The position numbers and the translations under genes are program-made. From a virus: a stretch of 64,000 nucleotides of DNA. Shown here piece after piece: positions 30,216 through 40,172 of the stretch. How positions within the stretch are numbered: position 1 is the stretch's first letter; every line of letters begins with the position of its first letter. The notes beneath the pieces were generated by a model. It was not told where the DNA came from. It searched no databases and was given only the letters and a program-made list of their open reading frames with translations. The stretch is from positions 1 through 64,000 of IMG/VR virus record IMGVR_UViG_3300013132_002633, one strand, 5' to 3'.

Positions 30216-30330
30216 TTCATAGTTAAATTTATTTAATTAAATAAAAATTTATGCATAAATTAATAAAAAATTATTGAACATAAGAGAACTAAATTTGATA
30301 GTTATTTTCTACCTAAAGAAAGATTATAAT

Positions 30331-32304
30331 ATGAGTGAAATTTTATCTAAAGAGTTTATTAAAAAATACGCAAAAAAACAACCGAATTGGGGATTCAACG
30401 GTTTAGGATATATTGTTTATAAAAGAACATATGCTAGACTAAAGGAAGATGGTAACACCGAAGAATGGCATGAAACAGTTGAAAGATGTATAAATGGCGC
30501 TCAGAAAATTGGAGCTAGATACACTAAAGATGAAGCAGAACGACTTTTTGATTATGTTTTTAATTTGAAATGTAATTTTGCAGGAAGAATGCTTTGGCAA
30601 CTAGGCACCAGTACGGTTGATAGATTTGGTGCTAATTCTTTGCTAAACTGTTGGTTTACAAGTATTAGAGAACCCAAAGCATTTTTGTTTCTTTTTGAAA
30701 ATCTAATGTTGGGTGGAGGTGTTGGATATAGCATCCGACGAGAAGATGTACATGAACTTCCTAGAATCAAAAAGGACGTTGTAGTAACGCATCTGCCAAC
30801 TAAAGATGCGGACTTTATTGTGCCTGACACTAGAGAAGGATGGGTAAATTTATTGTCAAATGTGTTAGATGCGTTTTATAAAACCGGTAAGTCTTTCACA
30901 TACAGTACAATTCTTATACGTGGTGCTGGAGAAAAAATAAATGGATTTGGTGGTAAAGCAAGTGGTCCCACCATCTTAGTAGACGGAATTGAAAAGATTA
31001 CAAAAATTTTCCAAAGTCGTGAATCAAAAAAACTAAGAAGTATCGATGTACTCGACATTTGTAATATTATTGGTAGTATCGTAGTTGCTGGAAATGTAAG
31101 AAGATCCGCTGAAATAGCGTTGGGTGATCCTGATGACGTTTTATATCTCAGAGCAAAAAATTGGAGCAGTGGTAACATACCAAATTGGCGTGCAATGAGT
31201 AACAACACTCTATACGTCGATGATTACAGTCATCTTATGGACGAGTTTTGGTCAAATGGATATGAGATAAATAACGAAACGGGATTTGCTAATGGAGAAC
31301 CTTATGGATTTTTCAATCTACCTCTCAGCCAAAAATATGGTAGATTAAAAGATGGTCCTCTTAAAGATTGTAATTTATATCCAACCGATGTTGACAATGT
31401 TATTGGTACAAATCCGTGCGGTGAGATAAGTTTAAGTGATTATGAATGTTGTAATTTAAGTGAATTATATTTAAATAATATAACATCGCAGGAAGAATTA
31501 AATGATTGTGCAAAATTGTTGTATAAAACACAAAAAGCAATTGCAGCACTTCCGTTTATTCACGATGAAACAAATAAAATTGTTCATAAAAACATGAGAC
31601 TTGGGTTGGGTGTCACTGGTATTTGTCAATCACTCGATAAGCTACCATGGTTGGATACATGTTATGTTGAACTTCGTAAGTTTGATAAATATTGGAGTAA
31701 AGAACGAGGGTGGTCTGAAAGTATTAAATTGACCACTATCAAACCATCAGGAACTTTAAGTTTATTAGGAGGTGCAACTCCCGGCGTACATCCGGCATAT
31801 AGTAAATACTATATGAGAACTGTCAGAATGAGTAGCGGCGATAAGTTAGTTCAAATCTGCAAAGATTTAGGATATCATACTGAATTTTTATTGAATTTTG
31901 ATGGCACCGAAAACCGTGATACAGTTGTTGTTTATTTTCCATGTGAAACTCCCGAAGGAGCAATACTAGCTGATGATATGAGTGTTAAAAAACAACTAGA
32001 CGTGGTAATGGAACTTCAGAAAATTTGGAGTGACAATGCCGTTAGTGTCACTGCTTATTATGACCCTCAAGAATTAAATATTCTGAAAGAATGGTTGACT
32101 GAAAATTATAAAAATAACATAAAGAGTGTTAGCTTTTTATTGAGACAAAAACACGGATTTAAACAGGCTCCGTATCAAGAAATTGATAAAGAATCATATT
32201 TAAAGGCAAAAGATAAAGTTAAACCTTTAACTAACCTAAATATTAACGGAGGTGATTTGTTACAAGGCATTGAATGTGAAGGTGGTGCTTGTCCGATTCG
32301 TTAA
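30331..32304 (+). CDS. nrdJ: Class II (adenosylcobalamin-dependent) ribonucleotide reductase
   Basis: YKRTYAR, LLNCWF, GNVRRSA, TNPCGE, TTIKPSGT, C-terminal CEGGACPIR; no NrdB nearby. Confidence 0.88.
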   Translation: MSEILSKEFIKKYAKKQPNWGFNGLGYIVYKRTYARLKEDGNTEEWHETVERCINGAQKIGARYTKDEAERLFDYVFNLKCNFAGRMLWQLGTSTVDRFGANSLLNCWFTSIREPKAFLFLFENLMLGGGVGYSIRREDVHELPRIKKDVVVTHLPTKDADFIVPDTREGWVNLLSNVLDAFYKTGKSFTYSTILIRGAGEKINGFGGKASGPTILVDGIEKITKIFQSRESKKLRSIDVLDICNIIGSIVVAGNVRRSAEIALGDPDDVLYLRAKNWSSGNIPNWRAMSNNTLYVDDYSHLMDEFWSNGYEINNETGFANGEPYGFFNLPLSQKYGRLKDGPLKDCNLYPTDVDNVIGTNPCGEISLSDYECCNLSELYLNNITSQEELNDCAKLLYKTQKAIAALPFIHDETNKIVHKNMRLGLGVTGICQSLDKLPWLDTCYVELRKFDKYWSKERGWSESIKLTTIKPSGTLSLLGGATPGVHPAYSKYYMRTVRMSSGDKLVQICKDLGYHTEFLLNFDGTENRDTVVVYFPCETPEGAILADDMSVKKQLDVVMELQKIWSDNAVSVTAYYDPQELNILKEWLTENYKNNIKSVSFLLRQKHGFKQAPYQEIDKESYLKAKDKVKPLTNLNINGGDLLQGIECEGGACPIR

Positions 32305-32327
32305 AAAAATTAATAAAGTTTAAAAAT

Positions 32328-32356
32328 AAAAACCATCGACAACGATGGTTTTTTTT
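32328..32356 (+). terminator. Rho-independent terminator
   Basis: AAAAACCATCG-acaa-CGATGGTTTTTTTT. Confidence 0.8.
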
Positions 32357-32375
32357 ATATTTATAAGGACATAAT

Positions 32376-32930
32376 ATGGAAGATTTATTAAAATACGCTG
32401 AAATAATTGTAAAAGCTGGAACAGCTTTGGGTTTATTAGGAGGGCTTGGATTGTGGTTGTATAAATTGAATAAAAATGTTGATGAAATTTTATCCGAAGT
32501 AAAACCGAATGGAGGTAAATCATTGAAAGATACTGTAACTGCGATCAGAAATCAGGTAGATAAAGATTCAAATAGTATCAATACTATATGTTCCAGGCAA
32601 AGATGGATTTTGGATAATAGACCCGAACCAATATTTGAGTGTAATTCAAGCGGAAGTTGTACGTGGGTAAATGAAAAGTACTGTCAATTACTACAACATG
32701 ATATAGAATATTTTAAAAATAACGGGTGGAAAAATGGTATTCATTTGGACGATAGAGAAAGAGTAGAAAATGAATGGGAAAAAGCGATAAAAGATCGTAG
32801 AAGTAGCATATCAGAATTCAGATTGATAAATCGTACTGGAAACGTGATTTTTGTTAAATCCACTGCAATTAGAAATGATGACCTCGGTTATATAGGACAT
32901 ATAGAAGTTTTAGATACGGAAAATAAGTAA
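32376..32930 (+). CDS. Single-TM protein with C-terminal PAS domain
   Basis: N-terminal TM helix, PNGGKSLKD, then PIFECNSSGSCTWVNEKY...GWKNGIHLDDRERV...EFRL...GYIG. Confidence 0.7.
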   Translation: MEDLLKYAEIIVKAGTALGLLGGLGLWLYKLNKNVDEILSEVKPNGGKSLKDTVTAIRNQVDKDSNSINTICSRQRWILDNRPEPIFECNSSGSCTWVNEKYCQLLQHDIEYFKNNGWKNGIHLDDRERVENEWEKAIKDRRSSISEFRLINRTGNVIFVKSTAIRNDDLGYIGHIEVLDTENK

Positions 32931-32969
32931 TATTTATTAATTCTTCGTACTATTTATAAGATATAATAT

Positions 32970-33599
32970 ATGAATCCTTCTAAAGAATTAGTAAAGCAAA
33001 TTGTTAGAGAAACACTTGAACAAACTTATACGAAAGTCAAAGAGTCATGGGCAAACATGATGGAAGATCTTTCAAAAGAAATTAAAAAACCAGTGGTGCA
33101 GGATGATAAAGGAAATTATAATGTTTGTGATTGTGAACCATATCATATCAGCTTACGACCAATTGTACACGATATATTTGACATACAAGCATTTAAAGAT
33201 GGCACTGACCGAACAAAAAAGTTGTATGTACGATATGAAGATGCCAAAAAATTTGTTAAACAGTATTTAACTTCAAAAGAAGAAAATTACGTAGACACCG
33301 CATACAGTCGCAATGTAGAAAACAGTAAGGATAAAGAAGGTGGAAAAAAAGGTGATAAGCTAACTGATGAAAGTATGGTTGATCCAGAAAAAAATAATAA
33401 ACCATCCAAGCAAATCAAAGCTGAACCAATGAATAAAGAAATTGATGATCCAACGCAACCAATGCGAAAAGTAGAAAAGTTTGAAAGACAAGTGGATCAT
33501 AAGAGCAAGAAACCTGATTATAAACCCCCCCAATTGCCAAAGAATTTGCAGAAATTGGTTGTTAAATATACTAAAAGTGGTAAAACCAAGAAAAAATAA
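32970..33599 (+). CDS. Hypothetical charged protein
   Basis: 209-aa ORF after TATTTATA. Confidence 0.65.
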   Translation: MNPSKELVKQIVRETLEQTYTKVKESWANMMEDLSKEIKKPVVQDDKGNYNVCDCEPYHISLRPIVHDIFDIQAFKDGTDRTKKLYVRYEDAKKFVKQYLTSKEENYVDTAYSRNVENSKDKEGGKKGDKLTDESMVDPEKNNKPSKQIKAEPMNKEIDDPTQPMRKVEKFERQVDHKSKKPDYKPPQLPKNLQKLVVKYTKSGKTKKK

Positions 33600-33628
33600 T
33601 TGACACGTTAAAAATAATGTGTTATTAT
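33600..33628 (+). promoter_or_regulatory. Sigma70-type promoter
   Basis: TTGACA-17 bp-TATTAT with TG extension. Confidence 0.7.
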
Positions 33629-33652
33629 CACTCTGTTAAAAAAAGATAAATT

Positions 33653-34012
33653 ATGAAAACTTTATTGAGTTTGACACTCGTTGGACTAGTTTTTACCTCA
33701 ACTTCATTGAAAACATTCGCAGGTGATCGTGAATGGGCTACCGTTGGAAAAGTATTAACTGGAGTAGCAGCTGTACATGTGATTGATAGAATTGTAAATC
33801 CGCCACAACCTGTAGTTGTTTATCATCAACCTGTAATAGTACAACATCCTACGACTGTAATTGTGCCGCAACCTGTTGTTATTCAACCTACACCAGTTGT
33901 TTACGTTTCATCTCCGATTTATTATCAAACAGCGCCGGTTGTAATGTATGGTCCGATATGTCCACCACATTATTATTATAGAACATATCGACCGATTCAT
34001 CATTTTCATTAA
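33653..34012 (+). CDS. Secreted Pro/Val-rich protein
   Basis: Signal peptide ending TFA; QPVVV repeats. Confidence 0.7.
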   Translation: MKTLLSLTLVGLVFTSTSLKTFAGDREWATVGKVLTGVAAVHVIDRIVNPPQPVVVYHQPVIVQHPTTVIVPQPVVIQPTPVVYVSSPIYYQTAPVVMYGPICPPHYYYRTYRPIHHFH

Positions 34013-34032
34013 TTTTTAATTAAAAAATCCAC

Positions 34033-34060
34033 ACCGTCAGAGAAATCTGACGGTTTTTTT
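34033..34060 (+). terminator. Rho-independent terminator
   Basis: ACCGTCAGA-GAAA-TCTGACGGT + T run. Confidence 0.85.
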
Positions 34061-34070
34061 ATTTTGAGGA

Positions 34071-34098
34071 TTGACATTGTAAAAAATCGTAGTAAGAT
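34071..34098 (+). promoter_or_regulatory. Sigma70-type promoter
   Basis: TTGACA-16 bp-TAAGAT. Confidence 0.6.
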
Positions 34099-34116
34099 GA
34101 TATCACAATATAAATT

Positions 34117-35088
34117 ATGAAAAACAACAAGTCTACGGTTAATCTCACTGTTTCGTCATCCGACATCAAGAAGATTCTAGAAACATCTAGTACTCTTCGT
34201 CCGTCAACTTTGATTATGGATGATCTAAAGTGGAAATATATGGTTCGATCCACACTACGTGGTAAGAATATTCTGCTTCTTGGTCCTACTGGATGTGGTA
34301 AAACTCTTGCAGCGCAAACTGTTGCAAAAGTTCTTGGTAAAGAAGCTTCATTTTTCTATTTTAACTTGGGAGCAACTCAAGATGCACGATCTTCGCTAAT
34401 TGGCAATACACATTTTGATAAGAATACTGGTACTCTATTTAAGGAATCTAGTTTTGTTAAGGCTATTCGTACTCCAAATGCAATCGTACTTCTTGATGAA
34501 ATTAGTCGCGCACATCATGACGGTGTAAATATTCTCATGACTGTTCTGGACGATTTGCAACGTTATCTTCGATTGGATGAAAAAGATGATAATGAAGTTG
34601 TAAAGGTTGCTGACGGTGTTACTTTTATTGCTACAGCGAACGTTGGCAATGAATATACGGCTACCCGTGTCATGGATCGTGCTCTACTTAGTCGATTTCC
34701 AGTAAAAATTGAAATGAGTCCTCTTGATGTAGATAACGAATACAATCTCCTAAAATCCCGATTTAACATCAATGATGATAATCAACTACATACGTTGAAA
34801 TCGATTTGTGAAATCTCTGATCATACTCGTAAACAGATAAAGCAGGAAGATAGTAAATTGACTAATTTTATTCCTACTCGTACCACGGTTGAAATTGCTG
34901 AACTTATTGTTGACGGTTTTAATCTTGTGGAAATTGCAGAAACTACCATTTATCCCAACTTTAGTGAAGATGGCGGCGTAGACAGTGAACGCACTTACAT
35001 CAAACAGTTGGTACAAAAGTATGTAAAGGTTGAGGCTAAGGAAAGCCTATTCAACGATCCGTTGAAGAGTGATCAACCTCCTTTTTAA
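34117..35088 (+). CDS. MoxR/CbbQ-type AAA+ ATPase
   Basis: GPTGCGKT, LLDEISR, ATAN.G.EY, DRALLSRF. Confidence 0.88.
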   Translation: MKNNKSTVNLTVSSSDIKKILETSSTLRPSTLIMDDLKWKYMVRSTLRGKNILLLGPTGCGKTLAAQTVAKVLGKEASFFYFNLGATQDARSSLIGNTHFDKNTGTLFKESSFVKAIRTPNAIVLLDEISRAHHDGVNILMTVLDDLQRYLRLDEKDDNEVVKVADGVTFIATANVGNEYTATRVMDRALLSRFPVKIEMSPLDVDNEYNLLKSRFNINDDNQLHTLKSICEISDHTRKQIKQEDSKLTNFIPTRTTVEIAELIVDGFNLVEIAETTIYPNFSEDGGVDSERTYIKQLVQKYVKVEAKESLFNDPLKSDQPPF

Positions 35089-35107
35089 TAATTAACCAAA
35101 ATATAAA

Positions 35108-37267
35108 ATGAGCAATCATAGTGATTTCTGGATGACAGAATACGATGATTGGGATTTTATTGAAGATCCCACATTGTCGGAAAATGTTGTCGGCGTAGAT
35201 GATTCTGTTGATGACGGTGAAGACGAAAATGTTCTTCAGTCTGAACGTACTCGTAAACTAATTCGTCTATCGTCTGCACGCCGAGCTGTAGCAAATTATG
35301 TTGCTATTCTCACCAATAAAAATGTGCCTGTAATGTTTAATGACAGTAATGTAAATTGTACTGATGGTACTGTTGTGTATTTGAGTAGCGATATTACCAA
35401 AAAGAATAATTTTGATGTTGCTGTTGGACTAGCCTTACATGAGGGTAGTCACATTAAGTATAGTGATTTTGAACTGTTTAAGACGGTTTGGATGAAGGTA
35501 CCTCGTAGTATCTACAACTATACGGAAAAACTAAATATCAGTAAGGACACGGTTGGTACTGTGTGTAAAGATATCTACAACTATGTTGAGGATCGGTACA
35601 TTGATTATACTGTACATGAAAATGCTCCTGGATATCGTGGATATTATGATGCGTTGTACGACGCTTATTTTAACTCCAAGGTAATTACAGACGCATTGCA
35701 GAGTGATCTCTACAAGACACCTAGTGTAGAGTCATACATGTTTCGTATTATTAATCTAACCAATTCAAATACAAATCTACGGGTTTTGCCAGGTCTATAT
35801 GATATCGCAAAGATTCTAGATTTGAGTAATATTAAGCGTCTAGAAAAACCTTCTGATAGGCTTGAGGTAGCATTTATGATTGCTGAAATTGTATTCAAAA
35901 ATGTAACCGAGGCTGATGATCTACTTAAGACCAAGACTTCATCTGGTGAATCGGGTGAGGAAGGTTCTGATAGCGGTGACCCAAAAAATCAAGCTGGTCA
36001 AGATGGTGAGTCTGAATCTGTTGGTATTACTGTTGAACAAAATTCAAATAACACCGGTCAGTCAAATAGTGTAAATTCATCTTCAAATTCATCTAACTTG
36101 GATGATATTCTTGGAGGTACTGAATCTACGGTGAAGACTACCCAAAGCGATCAAATTATTGATAACATTGGTGAAGATAAAAAAGTCAGCAAAACCAAGC
36201 TATCAAAGATCAAGAAGGCTTTTGAAAAGCAAAAAGATTTCTTGAAGGGAACCATTAAAAAGAAGAAGGTTACCAAGAAAGAAAAAGATCTTCTGGATAT
36301 TCTTGAAAAGAGCAAGGTTGAGATCGTAGATGTTGCTCAAGATTATGCTAAAAATTACGGATTAATTGGCGGCGTTGAATGTGTAGTTGTAAAGAACATG
36401 ACTAAGGAACTTTTAATGTCGAATGAATGTCCAATGTATATTGGGGAGAACAATCCAGGTACATACAATCGTCATCTTGCGAATGTAAACGCTGGTATTA
36501 TTATGGGTACCAAGCTGGGTCGTCGTCTACAAATTCGTAACGAAGTTAATACACATAAGTTCTCACGTCGTTATACAGGAAAGCTAGACAAACGATTGAT
36601 TCACGAACTTGGATTTAGCGATGAAAATATTTTCTATACAACTCTTACTGAGAAGTATAAAAAGATTAATTTTCACATTAGTGTGGATGCTAGTTCAAGT
36701 ATGCATGGAAATAAGTGGGACAAGGCAATTCGTCTATGTGTTGCTCTCGCTAAGGCCGCATCTATGTTAGATAATGTAAATCTTACTATTAGTTTTAGAA
36801 CAACTACTGGTAAAAATCCATATATCTTGGTTGGATATGATTCTAAGGTAGATAAGTTCAGCAAAATTCGTAATCTATTTCCATATCTAACTGCAGCTGC
36901 GGTAACTCCAGAAGGATTGTGTTTCGAGGCTATCATGAATCATCTACCAAATTGTTCGGATGATACAAATAGTTATTTTATAAATCTAAGCGATGGTGAA
37001 CCATTCTTTTCATATAACATTGGAACAAACATTGTGAATTATTCGGGGCCATCTGCTGCGGCTCATACACAAAAACAAGTAAATAAAATTCGTAATGCTG
37101 GATACAATGTAATTAGTTATTTTATTGCAGATGGTTACACTAATCCTGCCAGCAGAGATTTATTTAGTAAGATGTATGGCAATGATTCTAATTTCATCAA
37201 TGTGGACAACATTGTACAAATTGCCGGTACTCTTAATAAAAAGATGATGGAATCACTTGACACTTAA
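35108..37267 (+). CDS. MoxR partner: HExxH metallopeptidase-like domain + vWA domain
   Basis: LHEGSH, NYVEDRYI, acidic linker, MIDAS VDASSSM, TPEG, LSDGEP. Confidence 0.8.
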   Translation: MSNHSDFWMTEYDDWDFIEDPTLSENVVGVDDSVDDGEDENVLQSERTRKLIRLSSARRAVANYVAILTNKNVPVMFNDSNVNCTDGTVVYLSSDITKKNNFDVAVGLALHEGSHIKYSDFELFKTVWMKVPRSIYNYTEKLNISKDTVGTVCKDIYNYVEDRYIDYTVHENAPGYRGYYDALYDAYFNSKVITDALQSDLYKTPSVESYMFRIINLTNSNTNLRVLPGLYDIAKILDLSNIKRLEKPSDRLEVAFMIAEIVFKNVTEADDLLKTKTSSGESGEEGSDSGDPKNQAGQDGESESVGITVEQNSNNTGQSNSVNSSSNSSNLDDILGGTESTVKTTQSDQIIDNIGEDKKVSKTKLSKIKKAFEKQKDFLKGTIKKKKVTKKEKDLLDILEKSKVEIVDVAQDYAKNYGLIGGVECVVVKNMTKELLMSNECPMYIGENNPGTYNRHLANVNAGIIMGTKLGRRLQIRNEVNTHKFSRRYTGKLDKRLIHELGFSDENIFYTTLTEKYKKINFHISVDASSSMHGNKWDKAIRLCVALAKAASMLDNVNLTISFRTTTGKNPYILVGYDSKVDKFSKIRNLFPYLTAAAVTPEGLCFEAIMNHLPNCSDDTNSYFINLSDGEPFFSYNIGTNIVNYSGPSAAAHTQKQVNKIRNAGYNVISYFIADGYTNPASRDLFSKMYGNDSNFINVDNIVQIAGTLNKKMMESLDT

Positions 37268-37285
37268 TTATAAATGTGTTATAAT
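37257..37285 (+). promoter_or_regulatory. Consensus sigma70 promoter
   Basis: TTGACA-17 bp-TATAAT with TG extension. Confidence 0.85.
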
Positions 37286-37337
37286 AACTTAGAAGAATAG
37301 TTTTTAAAAAAATAAACAATAATAAGGAGAAATAAAT

Positions 37338-37718
37338 ATGAAAAAGACGGATCGTAAAAACAAAACAAATCTAACTGTAAAGTGGCCTAAAAACATCTTT
37401 ACAATCAAAGAACTGAATGCTGCAAATCCTGAGTTTGTAGAAATTACACTTCGTGTTCGACTTAAGAAGGCAATCGAATCGGGTGAAGTAAACGAAATGG
37501 GTGTTCTACACAATGGTAAGGGGCGTCCAACTATTATGTTTGTGTGTGGTAATCCAACAGCAAACCATATTGAAGAAGCTAAATCCAGAGAAGTACTTCT
37601 AAAGGAAGGATTGACTGTTAGCGTGGCTAAAATTGATTCAACCAATTCAACTACGAATAACAATGAAAATACAGTTATTGTGGTTAACGTTGATACTGAA
37701 AAAACTGCAACCGTTTAA
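37338..37718 (+). CDS. Putative winged-helix DNA-binding protein
   Basis: FTIKEL...ITLRVRLKKAIESGEV...GKGRP; AGGAG RBS. Confidence 0.55.
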   Translation: MKKTDRKNKTNLTVKWPKNIFTIKELNAANPEFVEITLRVRLKKAIESGEVNEMGVLHNGKGRPTIMFVCGNPTANHIEEAKSREVLLKEGLTVSVAKIDSTNSTTNNNENTVIVVNVDTEKTATV

Positions 37719-37749
37719 TTTATAACAAAATATATAAATTATATGTAAT

Positions 37750-37780
37750 GCCGTACATTTAAAAGGTGTACGGCGTTTCT
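37750..37780 (+). terminator. Terminator-like hairpin
   Basis: GCCGTACATTT-aaa-AGGTGTACGGC + GTTTCT. Confidence 0.65.
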
Positions 37781-37796
37781 ATTTATATAATATTAT

Positions 37797-38024
37797 ATGG
37801 CAACTAAAAACAAAATACTGTTATATTTGGATAAAAAAGGAAAACATTTTATTGTATACGATGAAAAAGATTTACTGGAATTAAAAATTCCTGTAGAATA
37901 TGTAGACAACGGTACTAACAAGTACATAGATACCATGAAAGAAAAGTGGGAAATACAAAAAGTTAATTCTTCAAAAAATAAATTGACTTTGGAATTTAAA
38001 TTGATCAATAGAAAGACGGAATAA
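37797..38024 (+). CDS. Hypothetical protein
   Basis: 75-aa ORF after TATTTATA. Confidence 0.55.
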   Translation: MATKNKILLYLDKKGKHFIVYDEKDLLELKIPVEYVDNGTNKYIDTMKEKWEIQKVNSSKNKLTLEFKLINRKTE

Positions 38025-38025
38025 A

Positions 38026-39210
38026 ATGGATATTTTACAAGAGTTTTTTGGCATAGAATCATTTGATTTTGAAACTAATAAAAAAAGGTTGGTGGATAAT
38101 TTAAATAAATTAAAGGCTATGTCGGTTGAAGAACAAACTTTTTACAAAAAATGGCAAGAAATACAATTATACTCAGATTGTTCATCTAAGGCTAATATTG
38201 TAAAAGCTAAGATATGGACACCAACTGATTTTGAAGACGAATCTTTAACAGTATCGGAAATTGTACAATGCAATCCAACATTGGTACACGTTGATAATAA
38301 AATGCTAAATGATGATTGGACTATGTTACGTGTATTTGGTCATACAATGAGTTTTGATCAAACTCCAGGCAGATTTTTAAAATTTTTGGTCACCGATGGT
38401 AATGTGGATAATCCACGATATATTGGAGTAATAAGTGTTTCTAGCGATGTTATTGCTATAAATGATCGTGACACATATATTGGATGGTCAACTGATAATA
38501 AGATAAAAGATAAAAAGTTGGCTCATAGTGCAATTGGTAGTTGTATAATGAGTACACAACCAATTGGATATAACTTTCTAGGAGGTAAATTGGTTGCTGC
38601 GATGATTACTACATCTACGGTAAGAAATATATGGAAGTCTCTATATAATCAAACTCTTGTGGGAATGACTACGACATCATTGTATGGTAGTTATAGTATG
38701 TATAATAGCTTAAAATGGTGGCACAAGTGTGGATCTAGTGCTGGTAAGATTGCAATTAAACCAGATGAAGATATTTATAAAATTTGGCACGAATGGGTAA
38801 AAGAAAATTGTAGTGAAAAATATGACAATGCTATGACGCAAAAAGAGGGTGTTTCTGGGCCTGTAACAGGAGCCAAATCCAGAGTCATATCAATGATTTT
38901 CAATAAGTGTGGAATTAAACAAAGTGCATATCAACATGGATACGAACGAGGTGTATATTACAGTTGTTTTTATGAAAACACCAAAGAGTATCTTCAAAAT
39001 AAGATCAATGATGAGCAGTTGAAGATGAAAGAACTATTTAAAAATGATACCAAGGGTGTAACTGATTGGTGGAAGCCAAAGGCTATAGAAAGATATAAAA
39101 AATTAAAGTCAGAGGGCAATTTAAAAACAACCGTTCATTTTTATAATAAAATGATTGGTATGTCTTATGAAGAAGCTAAGGAAAATTTCTTTAAAGAAGT
39201 TGGACGATAG
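38026..39210 (+). CDS. DUF4338/DruA-like protein
   Basis: PGRFLKFLV, RDTYIGW, QPIGYNFLGGKLVA, TTTSLYG, SMYN. Confidence 0.65.
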   Translation: MDILQEFFGIESFDFETNKKRLVDNLNKLKAMSVEEQTFYKKWQEIQLYSDCSSKANIVKAKIWTPTDFEDESLTVSEIVQCNPTLVHVDNKMLNDDWTMLRVFGHTMSFDQTPGRFLKFLVTDGNVDNPRYIGVISVSSDVIAINDRDTYIGWSTDNKIKDKKLAHSAIGSCIMSTQPIGYNFLGGKLVAAMITTSTVRNIWKSLYNQTLVGMTTTSLYGSYSMYNSLKWWHKCGSSAGKIAIKPDEDIYKIWHEWVKENCSEKYDNAMTQKEGVSGPVTGAKSRVISMIFNKCGIKQSAYQHGYERGVYYSCFYENTKEYLQNKINDEQLKMKELFKNDTKGVTDWWKPKAIERYKKLKSEGNLKTTVHFYNKMIGMSYEEAKENFFKEVGR

Positions 39211-39212
39211 TC

Positions 39213-39241
39213 TTGATTTATTGTAAAGTTTGTGTTATCAT
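39213..39241 (+). promoter_or_regulatory. Sigma70-type promoter
   Basis: TTGATT-17 bp-TATCAT with TG extension. Confidence 0.55.
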
Positions 39242-39247
39242 AGATTT

Positions 39248-40159
39248 ATGAAAAAATCACTTTGTTGTATTTCTCTAAAACTGCAAGAATCTGGTGTTAA
39301 GGCTAATACCATGACTAAAACTCGTTTTCTTCTGTTGGAAAGAAACGACGCGGTAAATATTGTTTCAAAACGAACACTTAATAATGTTACTGTAACAAAA
39401 AAAATATTGTCGTATTGTGCTGGAAAAAACTGGAATTATCGTATTTCCAGCGATTTGTTTCCACTAGCAACGCTTCCTGAAGCAAAATTGTCATTTGACA
39501 TTCTGCCAGATAAAAATTCTATATACAACGAATTTAAAACTGCATCGGATATTATCAAACAGAACAATATTCGGTGTAGTACACATCCAGATCAATTTGT
39601 TGTGCCAGCTAGCGGAAATAGTTCGGTTGTAGAAAAATCTATAATTGAATTGAAGTCACATGCGACTGTAATGGATTTGTTTGGTTTGCCACAATCTTAT
39701 GAGGCTCCTATCAACATTCATATGAACTGTTATAAAGGTAATCTAAAAGACATCGCATTGCGTTTTATTGATGTGTATAAAGCATTACCACATAATGTGA
39801 GGTCTAGACTGGTACTTGAGAACGAAGATAAAGGTAATAGCTGGAATGTTGAACAGTTACATGAGTATATTTACATGAACACCGGAATTCCGATTACACA
39901 TGATAATTTACACTATCGTTGTAATCCGGGCAAATTATCTGCTAAAGAAGCAACTAAACTAGCATGTTCTACTTGGGGCAAGTATCGACCACTATTTCAT
40001 TTTAGTGATAACGATGTTACAAACAGTAATCCACGTGCTCATGCGGATTATGTTTCTAGCATTCCAACTGAATATGCAAATTTAGATGTAGACTTTGAAT
40101 TTGAGTTCAAGGCTAAAGATTATGCTTTAGAAAAAGCTGAAAAAGACTTTGGAATATAA
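39248..40159 (+). CDS. uvsE: UV-damage endonuclease
   Basis: YRISSDLFP, STHPDQF, NIH, LENED, HDNLH, FHFS, AHAD, EFKAKD. Confidence 0.88.
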   Translation: MKKSLCCISLKLQESGVKANTMTKTRFLLLERNDAVNIVSKRTLNNVTVTKKILSYCAGKNWNYRISSDLFPLATLPEAKLSFDILPDKNSIYNEFKTASDIIKQNNIRCSTHPDQFVVPASGNSSVVEKSIIELKSHATVMDLFGLPQSYEAPINIHMNCYKGNLKDIALRFIDVYKALPHNVRSRLVLENEDKGNSWNVEQLHEYIYMNTGIPITHDNLHYRCNPGKLSAKEATKLACSTWGKYRPLFHFSDNDVTNSNPRAHADYVSSIPTEYANLDVDFEFEFKAKDYALEKAEKDFGI

Positions 40160-40172
40160 TTAATCAAACTTG

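Noticed and set aside
38026-39210. Complete Druantia defence system
   Set aside because: No DruE helicase or other partner genes in the window
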